From Grus americana (taxonomy: Eukaryota), in NCBI RefSeq assembly GCF_028858705.1, contig NC_072852.1:200260471-200324470 (forward strand): a DNA stretch of 64,000 nt, given 5' to 3'. Positions 1 through 14,520 of this stretch are shown in pieces. Made by a program: the position numbers and the translations under genes. How positions within the stretch are numbered: position 1 is the first letter of the stretch; each line of letters opens with the position of its first letter. The notes beneath the pieces are model-generated. The model ran no database searches, was not told the origin of the DNA, and saw nothing but the letters and a program-made list of their open reading frames with translations.

Positions 1-316
1 TTATTAATGAAAAACACTGTGTGAAAATGGATTCGTTTGCAGCTGATCACAACTGTTCGGGAGCTCTTGACTGCTGCATCTGATAAATGAAACTTGTGAT
101 ATTTAACCTTTAGCATTATGCAAAAATGTACAACATTACTATATTGAACTTAATATTCTATTTGATTTTATAAAAACGGGAGTATAATTAACTTGTACAT
201 TTTTGTAATCGATGGAGACTTTTGAAACTTGAAAATTTTTATTTTCATGGAGTAAATGGGAATGTTGTAAGTTCTAAGAATGATAGGTTGACCATGAAAA
301 CTATGTTTACTTTCAG

Positions 317-374
317 AGAGAACAGGAAATGAGAATGGGTGATATGGGTCCTCGTGGAGCAATAAACATGGGAG
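317..374 (+). CDS. PSPC1: PSPC1 internal coding exon (encodes REQEMRMGDMGPRGAINMG, ends with split codon)
   Basis: Acceptor ctatgtttactttcag|aga and donor gag|gtaggg. The translation joins in frame to the next exon to give ...[19 protein letters not shown]..., matching my memory of the PSPC1 C-terminal region. Confidence 0.8.
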
Positions 375-3300
375 GTAGGGATCTGAAGGAAAAAGGCTTC
401 TATAATGTAAAATTTCTCTTTCTTTGGGACTGTACATGTTACTCAAGCACTATTAATTAGTGACAACTACTCTAAAAAAAATTAAACAGTGTTAGGAAAT
501 AAAACAACCTCACATATTTTGTATCTTTATTGTTTTGACTGCCTGTGGGTGAAAAATAAGATGTGCAAGTTAAGAGAAACAAAAAGGCAGGGAAAGGTGA
601 TACTCTGAAAATTAATCTGATACAAAAGAGGAATTTTCTGTTTGGAAAGTATTTGGCATTCTTTTGGAGGAACTACCTGTTCAGAGAAGTTGGGAATGTA
701 ATTGTGTGCAGTAAAATGATAAGAGCTTAGAATCGGTAAGTTCTTATTAACATACCTGACAAAAGGTTAATGAATAATGTGGTCGGTGTTCTAATTTATT
801 GCAAGTTCGTATTTGCAAATATTCTCAGTTCACTTTTGTGACTTAAGATACTGTCACTGCTAAAAACTGTTTCTTAATAATCAATGCATATGCTTTGCAT
901 ATGCAGACTGAAACAGTTTGGAATCTTACTTATCCAGAATATCTGCTTTTAAACAAGACTGAAACTTAGAATATTTCTTAAACCCCAAATCTTACTAAAC
1001 TGTATTAACTCTTGGAGGTTTCCTGATGTTAATTTAAAATAAATTAAGATGACAATTTAAAGTTAATACTATTTTTGTGTATTTTAAACTTGAAAGTACT
1101 TTATAAAACTTAGTAAACATTGTCACTTGAGTTTTTGAGTAATGTGAATTTATAGACAACTAAATCTGCTTGGTCCAGACTTTAAAATACTTTATCCACC
1201 ATTTCCTTGCATTTATTAATTGAGACACATTTTTAGCTGCAAAATAGAAACAGGCTTTTTCTTTCAGTGAAGATGAGAAGCTTTAAAAATAATTTTAAAG
1301 GAAGATATTGTGAAGTTAATCTACAAATAATAAGATGAAGCATAAATTCTGACTAGATTATTTTATAGTTGTACTTTTGTATATTATTGCAGTCTACTTG
1401 AAAATTAATTAGGAGACTTTGTAAATACTGATACTGTGCCAGTTGTCCAGATCCACATGGTACACTTTTTGTGTACAGATTTTAAATGTGTATTTCTAGC
1501 ACAGCCCTCTTCTTGTCAGGTTTTAATGTTTAACAGTGATGTTCACCATAGTCTTGTTTTGTAAGTTTTGTGTTATGATTTGATTTTAAACTTGAAACAA
1601 ATGCTTTTAGAAATAAATAAAATTTTAGAAATAAGTTATAGTAAGACTGAACTACTATTTTAAAAAGGGAAAAATACCCATAGCAAATAGGTAAAGATAT
1701 TGTTTGTTTCTACAGTATCTGGATTTTAGGTTAGCTCACTGTAGAGATTTTTTTTTCCCCCAGTCCCCATTAACAACCCCACTACTACAACCAAAAAACC
1801 CTGACCCCTAAAACCAGCAGTAGACCTTAAAATAATAGACCTTTGATTGTCGATCTTAGCATCCTGTCTCAACATTTCTGTTAGAATTGTACCTTTATTT
1901 TTAACTGGCCTTTACCTGTGCCATTTGCGACTTCATCATGTGGGACAGTGGGTAGCTGGAATATCTTCAGTAATGGAAATAACCTGCATGATAGTGCTGT
2001 GTGAAAGCAAGGTACCTCTGTGATGAATTTAATTAGTCTTGGACTGACTTGTGCAGGACCCGCTCATTTTTACATTGTTTTCTGTGGCAAACAAATTCTG
2101 AGAGAATCTGTATGCCTTATAATAGCACTTATCTGGGTCTGTAAAGCTGAGTGCAGCTGATAAACTTTTCAGTATGAAAAAAAAAAAGAAAAGGCTTTTT
2201 TTGGGAACTATCTCTGCATTGATGAGGATTATTGGCTGTGGCTTGTTGCCAGCTGTGCCAGACCTTGGCATGTGCAGTTTGGACACTTAGAGTATACTTT
2301 ATCAGCCTTCCAGATTGTAGAAAAAGACTTTTTTTTTAGTGTGCGCATCGTGGCATGAATACCGATGACTACTTTCCATCTGTTGTTGAACTTGGTCTGG
2401 TGAATTAACTGCTAACATCAGTGTCCCACCAAAAAGAACGGGCAATCAAGTGGTTAGCTTTTAGGATCGGCTTTGGAGCTAGGAGGATCTCTGAGGGATA
2501 GCTAAAATGCCATACTGGCCTCTTGCTGAAACTGTGCAGGGCCCCACTCTATCCTTGCATTACGCTCCCTAGTCATCCTCCAGCGAGAGCTGACTCTGCC
2601 TGAAACCAGCTTAATAAATATAGAGGTTTGATAGTATGGGTTGCTATATGTCACCCTGGAAACAATCTGGTGCATTTGTATGATGCAGAGGATAAGAACT
2701 TTGTTGCAGTTGAAGGGTAAGTGAACACTATCTCTGTGTGGCCAGCTGGCTAAGTTTAATTAGGCTGGTAAGCAAGCCAGATAATTGAGCATTGACTGCT
2801 TTTAGTTAATGGCACTACCACCAGCACTAAGCGCTGTCATCATGGTAGTCCTGCCTCTGAAATTAAAAGTTGTTCCTTATGTTGGCAGTTTAGACTTCTC
2901 CTTTTCCTTCCGTACTTAGTCACTGAATGGATGACACTGAAAAACAGTTTTAGGGCATATTCAACTTTAATTCTCTTGAATTGTAGCATAATCTTACCTG
3001 CTACGTGAACTGATCATGCTGGGGGGTAGGCAAGAAGCATCCAACTTGCACATACATTTGCTTTGGTTTAGTGTCATGGGTCTTGGAGTTTCTAATTGGT
3101 AGGCTCATTTGAGTTCTGCTTTTCAAAAATGCAGGATTTTTCTCTAATAAACTTGTTTAGCACTTTACATGTGCCACTGCGTTGCATGGATTGTTTTTGC
3201 TAAGCAGCTTGCAGTTGGCATAATGAATATGATCAAGCCCAGGTCTGCAATTTTAGCAGCAGTGTCTTGGATACAGTGGTTTCACTGACTGCTGTGATAG

Positions 3301-4490
3301 GGGTACTCAGGGCAGGTAATAAAAATTCAATTTTGCATACCTGCAGATGGTCACTGTACGGTATCTCTGCTAAAAGGCCTACTTAAAATGATCTACATTT
3401 ATTATATATTCATTACTAAAGAAGTTACAGTTGTGATGAGAAGATGAGAGTTTGATTATTTTGAAATAAAAATAACAGGTTTATTAATCTAGCAACATGT
3501 CAGATTTCTTGATATTCTTGTATGTTGTTATGACTTAAAATGTAGGCTAGATTCTGAAAGCATATCTTCTTCCATTATCAAATTTTGGATGTGCACTTTT
3601 GGCTGAAAAGAGTGGATTATTGTCAAGGGTGGAGGAGGGAATGCATCACCACCAGTCTTAAAGTTGATGATATTTCATAATAACAGATGTCAATGTTACG
3701 TATAGTCAGTCTTTTTTCTTAGAACAACATGAAAATGTTACGAGGGCAGTTTTACCTACCTGTTGAGTGTGTTAGTGGGTACAGGCAGAGTGGCGTTTCC
3801 TAACGCAATCTTACAGCTAAATGATCTCCTTAAAAGATATTTTACCTCTTACTGTGAATGAGAATTTTGGAGGAGACTGTTCTGTCATTTTCAATTCTAA
3901 CAAAACTTCCCTTAGTTTTCTGGTACTTTTACTATAATAAATTGCATCTAAGTGTAAGATTTATGTCATGTTACAAATGATTTGTTGTAAAGTTGAGTAC
4001 CATCTTTGTTATTGCTTTTAGATGTTAGACTAATATACTGTAAAAGTATATGCGGTTAACATAATACTAGTAGAACAGTTCTTGCAAATGCGTATTTAAT
4101 ATGTTGTGATCCCTAAAGAGCCAAGTTGCCTTATAGCTGCCAATTACTGCAAAATCACCTGAGATTTTTGCTTATTTGTGGTGTGTATACTGCATATGTA
4201 TATGCTATATGAGCACTTCAATTCCTGCATAGAAACTGTACAGCTATATTTAGCTGTAAAGTTCAGGATTTTTAAATACGTGAGGCAAATTATGTAATGC
4301 AAAATAATAGGATTAATGAAAATCTGTTTAAAAGCAGATAATTGAGATAAATGTACAGTCTCAAAGAATATTTTTTTTTATTTCAAGTATTAGAAGTCCT
4401 GTACATTTGGCTTTTTAAGTATTGTAAATTGTTTGTTTATTCTTGTAAAATTCAGATAGGACAGCTCTAAGTATAGATTGTTTTGCATAG

Positions 4491-4660
4491 ATGCGTTTAG
4501 CCCAGCACCTGCTGGTAACCAAGGCCCTCCTCCAATGATGGGTATGAATATGAACAACAGAGGAACTTTACCTGGCCCTGCAATGGGTCCTGGTCCTTCC
4601 ATGGGACCAGAAGGAGCTGCAAATATGGGAACACCAATGATGCCAGATAATGGAACAGTG
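4491..4660 (+). CDS. PSPC1: PSPC1 penultimate coding exon ([57 protein letters not shown])
   Basis: Acceptor ttgttttgcatag|at and donor cagtg|gtaacg. The frame is identical to track ORF 4478..4693. The Pro/Gly/Met-rich sequence resembles the NONO/PSPC1 C-terminal low-complexity region. Confidence 0.85.
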
Positions 4661-7600
4661 GTAACGTATCACACATTTAATTACTTTGAATAGCTGTCAT
4701 GTTTCATGGCCCATTTTTGTTACCAAAGATATTTTCACACTGAGTAAGAGCATGTTACAGGTTTTGAATCTACTCAAAGTAATTGATAAAACTTGTTCAT
4801 GCAAATAATTTACAACACAGGAGGGAAATCTTTATTTGATATTACTAGGAAAATCCTACTTCCCTTAGGAACAGGGCGAGTTCTTTGATCAGTAACCGGG
4901 CTGTAAATTGAGGTTAGAATGTACAGCACTTCGTGGCAAAACCGCATGTATGACCTGTCACGAAAAACTGATAGAAGGAAATCACTTCTGTTAAGTGAAA
5001 GAGGAACAACATACCAGAGTAATCTGTAAATTCAGGCATTTGCTGTTTTTTCTTTTGTGAAACTAGTCTATGTGTTTGATTGCTGGGGTTTTTGATGAAC
5101 AGTTAAATGTTGGAAGCTATGTAGTGTGAAGATATCTTTGTGTAAACTATTTAATTTTTTAAAGTTACTTTAGTGTTTTTTTATTTCCTTTCTAACACTG
5201 TTGAAAACATGAGATTATGACAGTAATTAAATCACTTGGAAAATGTATGCCAACAGCTGTTAGGGATAATTGTCATATCAATACCAGAAAAATAATATTG
5301 CCCACTTACCAAAGGTGGTAGGGAATGTCTTGTATACATCTGGAATTTTTTTATCAAGAGCAGATATCCACTGGGATGCAGTTAGAGCACTAGCTGTTTT
5401 TGCTCTGTTCTCATAGCCTGTCACTTTTCCTAGCTGTAATGTCTTATGTAGAGAAACAACTATAAAATTTTTAATCTGATTTTTACATATTTTTCAGTAT
5501 TATTCTGTAAATAGATATTGGGGATGTTCTAGTCGTGGTGTGATAGAAAGGAGTATAAACAGTGACTCCATTGTAGTTTTATTGGAACACAGAAGCATTT
5601 TGTAGCTGTATTTTTTTTTTTTTAATATACATATATGCCTTCTCAAGATGTCCGTGATTGAGCAATCGGTATAATGAAGTTTGGACAAAATCCTTTGTTC
5701 CTTAGAGGAAAACGAGATTTTTATTGAGCACAAAATACATAGTAAGTTGGGTTTTTACCAGTTAAAGAAGATCTCACTTCACATCATAGGAGCCAGCTCA
5801 TTTTATCAGTTGTATCATTTCTCACAAAGCAGGGGGGGATGCTTTTCACAAAATACTGTTTTCAGAGATGCTTTTGCTGGAGACCACTGTATTACTGGTC
5901 ACCTCTGGAACATTCTCTTGTGACTACATGGGCACTGAAAAAGAGGTATAAGGAAAAGAACATGGTATTATAAATAATAGTATCTAAAATTGTTGTTTTT
6001 CTACAAAAAGTCATTCCAGATATGGAAATGTAGGGAATATACTGACACTTCAAAATATGCATATTTTAAAAATTTTTTTTACTTCTGTTTTCTTCTGCAT
6101 GCTAGTGAAGGACAAATTAGATGATGCCTTTTTTAAAAAAAAAAAAACAACTTCCAAGGTTTTTAATTTGGGGGACAGGCCCCTACAGAAAGGCATAGCC
6201 TTACTGTATTTTTCCTTTTGTTGGAAAGACACTTTAAAGATCCTTTGAGGGCTCTCTACTAAAGCACTGTAAGAGTTAATTTTGATTTCCACAGAGGGAA
6301 ATGGAGAATATGCTTTATAGACAAGAAATACAGTTCTCATTTTTTAAATTGGATGTTTTTCTGAAGTCTTTTGGGGAAAATTGGAGCAATCTTTTTGTTC
6401 CACTTCAGTCTTTTGAAACATAGATTGTATTTGAACATAACATTTTAAAAATAGCTTCCCCCCTCCCCCTTATTGTAGGTAGTTAATTACTATAGTTTTC
6501 TTGTTAGCTGGAAAGAGGGGTCTTTGTAGGAAAGATGACTTTTTGTCCAAAAGTCAAATGGTAAATACTATCAGGAGTATGTGATAAGCTATTTGTTGAA
6601 ATTCATATCCATTGCTAACAAGCTGACATGAGTTAAAGATAATTTTAAAACATTTTTTAACCAGTGCTGCAGATTTTAAGGTACGTTGGGGTAGTAGTAG
6701 ATCTTTATGCAGCTGTTGAAGGAACTTTTTTCTTATTCAACGTCAAATTTTAAACAATGCACATATGTGCAACCATAATGTAAGTTGCATATATTTTTAT
6801 CTGTATAGATGAAATGGTATTTTTAAATAATATATATGTGAATTAGCAGATTTTAGAACTATTGAGCTCTCCTACTATTACTGGAGTTAGACTTTCAGAA
6901 GAATTCTTCTCTGATTCGGGCATATAAATGAAGTGCTAGTCTTGAATGTTCTTGTTGAACTCTGAATACCTGGGCAGTTAATGTAGATGTCTGTACAGAA
7001 AGAATTTTTTCTGAAAGCATAACTGTCCTCAACAGGTGAATGAGTTATTTCAAGAACTGATTGTACCATATATCTATGCTTTTAACAGTTTATGTTGAGG
7101 TAATGTTTTAAATTTCATCATGTGGGGTTCTATTTTTAAACACTTGCATAAAATCTGTAAGTGCTCAGATGTATGTTTTCTGTTTTAGGTCTTAATTGCT
7201 CTAGCCAAATTAATCTATGTAAGAGCATGTACCTTTATTAATATCAGGCACAGAACTAAGGCAAATAAATGTGGAACATTAACTGGATTTTCATCTTATA
7301 TTGATATTTCAGGTTAAGCTTTAGATATATATCAAGGGGGTTTTTTTGGTGTGTTTTTTTTTTTTTTTAATGACGCATTTTGTCACTAGTTGTATCAGGT
7401 TTTGGGCTGGATTTTAAAAGTCTAACTAAAGATTCCTAAAGTGCCATATAAAAGGCTGACTCCAGGTAGTATGGACTGAAATAGCCACAGGTATGTGGGT
7501 ATATGAGTCTTCAGGTTATATTGCTATTAAAAGAATAAACATACAGTCTCTAGAAATACAAAAGATGATTTTTTTTTTCTAGTTTAACAATGTTTCTGTG

Positions 7601-7974
7601 TCTTATTTAAGGGAGAAGCATTGTAGCTGGTACGTAAGGCAGAATAGGGCTCAGGTGTAGAATTATTCTTTTCTGTCTCATCTGTTACATAGAGAATATG
7701 TATTGCTTCAGATGTGCTTGAAAGGATGAAGTTACATTCAGCATCAGAGTTGGTTTTCAGTTTTTAATTTTTAATTTACTTTACAAAGTTGGAGCATAAC
7801 GTTAGCGCTCTTTAATTTCCAGCTCTTTTTCCATAATAACTAATTGAATTGCTCCTTTCTTCCCTCTATGTGTGATCCTGATTCTGCTGGACTATCTGCT
7901 GAACTTCATGACAACATCACATGTGGTTTTTGTTGTAACTCACATTTGGCATGTTCCAAATGGACCTGTATTAG

Positions 7975-8160
7975 CATAATGAGAGATTCCCTCAAGGAGG
8001 TCCATCACAGATGGGTTCACCTCTGGTTAGTAGAACGGGCTCTGAAACTCCTCAGCCGCCAATGAGTGGTGTAGGTGCCGTGAGTGGTGGACCTGGTGGC
8101 TTTGGTAGAGGAAACCCAGGGGGCAACTTTGAAGGACCTAACAAGCGTCGCAGATACTAA
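7975..8160 (+). CDS. PSPC1: PSPC1 terminal coding exon ([61 protein letters not shown])
   Basis: Acceptor ctgtattag|cataat. The C-terminus ...[12 protein letters not shown] is the characteristic PSPC1/NONO-family ending, with the stop codon TAA at 8158-8160. Confidence 0.9.
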   Translation, partial: HNERFPQGGPSQMGSPLVSRTGSETPQPPMSGVGAVSGGPGGFGRGNPGGNFEGPNKRRRY

Positions 8161-8423
8161 AACTTATTTCATTCCTTACTGTTTAGAAATTCCAGTAAAA
8201 CTATACAGTGATATGCCTTTATAATTTTAGCTGTTATCTGGAAACGGTTTTATTGTTATTGTAGTCTTTAAAACAGTTTCTTTTGTAAAACTTTTTTTGT
8301 ATTCAGTGATAGGCTTTGTAGTATAGAGCAGAAATGATGCAGATCATTATGTAAGGCAATGTGTTTGTGACTAGCAAAATACAATGTGTGACCGTGCTGT
8401 AAAACATGCAGTTATCTGATTAC

Positions 8424-8429
8424 AATAAA
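8424..8429 (+). other. PSPC1: Candidate polyadenylation signal (AATAAA) in the PSPC1 3'UTR
   Basis: AATAAA lies ~265 bp after the stop codon. The true 3' end cannot be determined without transcript data, and further AATAAA sites exist downstream (for example ~9126). Confidence 0.25.
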
Positions 8430-11400
8430 ATATAACAATCACTTGAAAGGATTTTGGGAATGTTATTACTAATACTGGGTGAGAATAATTTTATGCTTAA
8501 TTATAAGTGGCATCATTTTCATTCTTACGTAGATTCTACTATGTGTCAAGAAAGTTCCATTTTTAATGAATCTGTTTAGCTAAACTGCATGTTGCAGTAC
8601 ATACTATGAACAATTTATAACACAACTGCTTTTGTTTATTTTGACTTTTGAAGAGCATCAAATTTTATACAAAGTGTTCTCAAGGATACTGTGTCCTTGC
8701 ATCTCAGTCTCCCTTTGCAAACTTAGTCACAATAGGCTTATCAACAGAATATATCAGTTCCAGATTCTTGGAAAATTTAACTTGGGGAAAGAAAAACCTT
8801 TGGAAAAACAATCTGTATGTATGCTTTATTCATAACAGTATGAATGAATTTACCTAAACCATGCTTCTACAGAAGAAAAACTGTTGTGACATCTGTGTGT
8901 TCTGATCGTTGAAGTATCTTGCCATTGCCAGGAAGGAGACATTTGTGCAAGCTGGTTTAAAGCCTTCCACTGTGTAATGCATCATTTCCCCCAATGGTTG
9001 GTTTGAACAGAAACGAGTCTGTTGTCAATTATTAACTGTTTAATTAGGAGGTAAATACATGTTTTCCAGTTAAAATAATTGCTATAGTAGAGTAATACGC
9101 ATTTAGAAGCATTGCACATGAGTATTCTTAATAAATGTTTTACAGAATGATGAATTTGAAAAATACCCATTTCCAACACAACTCAGGCTAGATTTGCTGA
9201 TGAGTCTTAAGATAAACTGATGATAAAACTATTGGGAAGTTTATTATGATACAGATTTTGTCAGTCGTGGAAGATGATGGAAAAGGCCTATTCGTTCTAT
9301 TCCTGTAATGGCAAGAAAATAGGGATATTTTTGGTAACTATTGCTTTTTTCCTGTGCAAAATAGTTGTAAAATATTAGTGTTCTTTTTTTATCAGTTCAC
9401 TCATGTTTTCAGAAATAGAAATTACTGTAATTTATCTGCATGAATTGCTAAATTGATTAAAACCTGACGTGCGATAACATGATGCCCTAATTATATTGGA
9501 ATGGTATGTACATAGTGTGGGATGCAAGCAGCAGAGAGAGCATGTGTGTGTTACTCCTTAATATAGCAGTAATGGTCTTGGTGAATTGAATTGTGAGCAA
9601 ATGGGTAACAGAAAAATAGCAGCATTGCTGGTGTTTTGGAAGTACACCGTTACATAAATTGCCAGTGTTATATGGCTTAAGATAGAGATTGTTTTCATTT
9701 TCATCAATTCAGGAGTTACCGCGTGTTGGGCCTTACCTGTGACATCTGTAACTACTCAGCATTTTCCTCTAGACTGTCTTTAATGTTGCCCTTTTTTGCT
9801 TGACTTGAGATAAATGCCACACTTCAGAGTTTGTAATGCAGTAGTGAGTTAGGTTTAAAGTCTGAAATACTCTTTCTCCTTCCTGATACATGTATCATGT
9901 TATAGTACTCATTCTTCCAAAAAACATGCAAATGGTTTTACTTAGCACACTATTCCTAAACCTCAACATTTAGGAAAATTGTTGTTTTTCACTAAGTTTA
10001 AACTAGTGTTTGCATATAGCAACTACTTAAGCTCTCTGCTTTGGTGTACCGCATTCAGTTGAAAATGCAGTTTGCATCGGTGTCTAAATATTAGATTACT
10101 TTTGTCTTTTCTGCCTTTGTACGTGGCATTTTTATGGGGATTGAGAAAGTACTGGTGTGAGTTGGTAGTTCTAAACTGTAAAGCTGTAAGGGGAACATGT
10201 TTTAAATATAACTTGAACTAGGTTCAAGAGGTCTGTTCAGTTTTTCAAAGGAAAAGGCTGTGTCATTTAGTCCTTTTGGCTAATTCCTGTATATTTGTTC
10301 AAATACTGAAACCTTCATCCTTGTATTATTCAAGTATGTTTCAGAAGTACATTAAACGTACCAAATCTGCAAAAAGTGATTCATTCTTTCTTTGCCATCC
10401 TCATGGTATTTTAAGTGCCTGTTTGTTGCACTGCTTTTTTGCTAGCAAGCGGAGCTATGTAGGTATTCGAAAGTTTTTGTAGATTTTAATATTGTGATTT
10501 TCATTCCATAGTTGTGAGCTACCCTTCCTGTAAAACTCTTGACTTGGATGGCTCCGCTGCATGGTAGCAGTGGGTTTGTCTGCTGTCCTTACTGCAGAAA
10601 ATCATCTGATCTCTTTTTAAATATCCATGAACTGAGCCTTTAAGTCCTAAAAAATAAATACAAAAATGTTGAATTGGGCACACTTTAAAGATTTCATGAA
10701 GAATTCCTTTTGTAGCTGCTGACAGGCTGCCAAATTCTGCTCTTAAAAGCTTTCTTAGGGCTGCCTGGCCATGTCGATTGTATACAGCTCAACAATAAAG
10801 GCAGTGGTTTTTATTTTTCCGTATGTGGTAGTAACTGACTCTAGCTATAAGATAAACAGAAAATTTTGTTAGAAAAGGAGTGGTCCAAATTTGATTCTTA
10901 AAAATAGTATGTAGATGTGGCCAAGCAGGATTTTTGCTTGAAGGTGCTGCCCATGTGCTGGAAGTGATTAATTTTTCTTGTTCCTCATCTGACCGATCAG
11001 TTTATCATTTTTTTCTATGTACACATTTACTTAAGTTTTTAACTGTCCTTGGTCTGTTTGACTAGAAAGCACAGTGAAGTCCTGACTCTTTCTGCTATAT
11101 GCTGTGGTAGAACAAACTTGGAAAGGGTATGAAATTGACAACTACTATGAACTTACTTTTGGTTGTACTTACTGAGTTGTTACATCATTCCTGAAATTGC
11201 AGTCTAAAGTGCTTAATTTTCACGAGATACAATTTTAATACTTAAAAATAGCAAAGCTTTACTATTCCATTTAAGTAAAAGAAAACACACCACCACTAGA
11301 ATCCAGCTTGTTTAGCTGCATTTGCATTTATCACCTCAGTCATTTGAAGGGGAGCTATTTGGCACTTAAAACCATAAAATTAATTTTGATTGTGAGTTAA

Positions 11401-14400
11401 TTTCTTTGTAGTTTTGTCCAGTGTGCTCATTAGATAAAGCACGTTGATGTCTTGGGAAACTTGGTGGCAATTCAGATATACTTGACTGTATTTATTTCCT
11501 AAGAAAGATACTTAGAAATTACTTTGGATTATCCAGAAAGAAAATTCCTGACCTTAAGTTGTTTTATTTATTGTGCACATCTATTTTATCCAATTGGACA
11601 CAAAGATATGATTAGCTGGATACTCTTACTAGAACAAAAGGTTAAAATAAATGGCAAGAAGACAATATGAACTAAATGTTACATTAAATTAATTTTAACC
11701 ATAATCCAGTAGGATTTTGTAGTATGCATTCTTTGAGGAACATTCTGATCTAAAGTATACTATCATGTTTTAAAATGTTAACACCAAACTCAGTTTTCCC
11801 TTTTTCCAGTTTTGATTTCAGATTTTTTTAACTTGAAAAATAGAATAATCTGTAATAAATTATTTTAAAGGGTACTACATACAAATGCATTGACTTTTAT
11901 GAAGTACTGATTGTTAAATGATCACAATCTGCCTCAAGGTAACTTGGCTCAAAAATGCTGAAATAACTGATCTAAAGGAAGATTCTCAAGTGAAAAAACC
12001 CCTTAGGCCTTTTGAAGGGAGAATATGCTTTGAGGTGAGATGCTCAGCAAATGAGTGGTATGCTCTGGCATGAAGCTCATTTTACTTGAGCATGTTGTGG
12101 AAACTAATTTTTTGCCATACTTCTTAATATTTTTTTGTATAACAACTTGGATCATAATTCTTCCCTTCTCAGTGAAGACAAAATATATTATAATAGAACT
12201 ATTAAAATGGCAGGGAAAGCTGGGTGGCAACTGATGGGGTCAGTTTACATCCGACCACAAATATGAACAGATTCTCAATCCCATTCCTGAGACTTGAAGT
12301 GGTGCATGTCCATAGGGGGTTTTACAGAGTCTGCATCCAGCACCTCGTGTTAGCTTGTGCTTGGGGCCAAGACTGGGGGACTTGAGGGAGCACATATTTC
12401 AAATGCAATTTAATTGTCTTCTCAGGAGGCCTGAATTTATTAATTTGGGCACTGTGTTATTAAGATGCAGAACCATCTTGGGATTTGGTGTTTTCCTTGG
12501 GCTGTTACCTCAGTTCTAGCATGAGGGAATATCAGTCCAAACTTCCCTGATTCTTGAATAGTGAGTGTGGCCTATGGAAAACAGTTTGGACATTACTCCT
12601 TTAGATTATTGGCTATTCAGTGCTAGTTTAGTGGCAAACGATGAACTGTATTATCCCAGAAGTATTTGTTTTCTTGAAAATCCATTCAATGAAATGTGAG
12701 AACTTAATAGAAGGATTGACTAGAAACTTGCAAAACTTGATGTCAGGTGTAATTTTTTGCATTGGATTGGCTTTTTGTTGCCCCTTGGGTTATACTGTAA
12801 AATATACTTACTAGGTGGTCTCACCACTTTGATGTTTTGCTGTTACGAAGAAATCTGATTTGTTAATAGTTTAGGGTTTTTCCCCATAAAATATTTTTTA
12901 AATCATAGCGATAGGCATTTCAGGTTTGTTTTCACAGTAATCCATGACATACTGAAGTTTATCAAAATCAAGTTATCTAGGTCTAAAATGTAAGTTGTAG
13001 AATGGATAAACTGAACGTTAAATTTTTATGTAAACAATACTTTTGATGATTTTTTTAAACGCATGGAAACAAGCCCTCAATGTGTTTGTTTTCAATGGGA
13101 TAGATTTAATAGGTCTTTTCCATCTTGAACTTCCTTAAGCGACTGTGAGAACTAATGTAATTGCAATTTGGAGGTATTCATATTAATGACCTCAGCCTGA
13201 CTTTTGAAAGCAGTAAGAGATGGGTTTCCTCAGAAAAGCAGTATAAAACTGCAACCATTTTTTCCTAATTGAAGGAACTCTTCAGAAAAGTTTTAAGTTC
13301 AGAGATAAACATAGTGTACTTATAGGTAAAATATTTTTTAAAAATGCTTTTGTATAATGATTATTTTATACCCAAATCACATTAAAAAAAAATCTTTGTA
13401 GCTGTGGGTAAAAACTTACTGATCTGTTTGTAGTCCCTTGAATAGGGGATAAAATGCTCATAATAAGAGGTTTGAGATTCAAAAAAGAACTCTGTTATTG
13501 CATACACATGTTGATAAGTTTTTTCCATTTGTTTTGGTAAATGGTTTGTCTAGAGCTTCTGTTGTTCCTAGCTTTACTAGTGTGCTTTTATATCTTAATT
13601 TTTGTAGAGTAAAGCATAGCTGTATAATTTGATGGAATTTACCTGTTAACGTCCTGCATACAGTTAAGTGCTTGACTTAAAAGTATAGTGAGAATAAAGA
13701 TACTGTTCTTGCCTTTAACTTTTCAGTAAAAAAAATTGCATAGACCCTTGAACAGGAATAAGTGTGAAGAGTCCTGTATGTAAATTGAAAAAAGATGAGG
13801 GGAAGAGGGAATAAAGCAACATAATAAAAATGGGAGAAATGTGGTTTAATTTTATATCTACAGCAGATTCACAAAAATAACTTTAAAGTTTGTTATACAT
13901 GAGAACCACAAGCTGACTGATTTTTAATGGAAAAGATGGAAATACCAGTTCCATTAATGTCTTGGATTTTTTAAAGTTTGAGTTTAGTGTTGTGCAGATG
14001 GCTAAGGAATATCAGAAATCCTGAAATGAATTAATTTTCTAAAAATTTTAATATTCATGGGACGTAGAGGAGAGTCACTGCAGTTGGGTCTGTTTCTTCT
14101 GTGTTGTTGTTAGAAAATTGTTCTGTGTGACTTGAGTTTTGTGGCTGAATACAGCGTACACACCTCATGTTGTCGTAAGTATGAAACAGCTGATTTTAAG
14201 ATTGTTTCCCTCTCATCAAACCAGTGAGACTCCAGTCTTACACCTGTGTGTCATAGCCAGAGAAGCACCAAATAGAAGATGGTGTAAAGGAAAATAAAAT
14301 AGCGAATATTTATTAGTAATTATGGGATAGAATTAAGATATTCTCATTAGATTTTTGCTTTAATTTCACTGTAATAAATTTTTTATTTATGTGAAATGGA

Positions 14401-14429
14401 AAGTAATTTTACTCTAAGTGAATGTTCAA

Positions 14430-14520
14430 AAGAAAAAAAACCCCACCAATGAAAACACCCCTCCAAAAAAACCCCAAAACACCCCAAAGCCTAACCCCAC
14501 CCCAAGCAAAACAGGTTTTC
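14430..14520. repeat. C/A-rich low-complexity tract (G-rich on the - strand, with six GGGG runs)
   Basis: The sequence is aaaaaaaaccccaccaatgaaaacacccctccaaaaaaaccccaaaacaccccaaagcctaaccccaccccaagc. Confidence 0.9.

Noticed and set aside
4478-4693. Track ORF 4478..4693 (71 aa) as a stand-alone gene
   Set aside because: It is an internal PSPC1 exon. The ORF start is an alternative TTG codon inside the upstream intron, and the 3' part (after cagtg|gtaacg) is intronic read-through.
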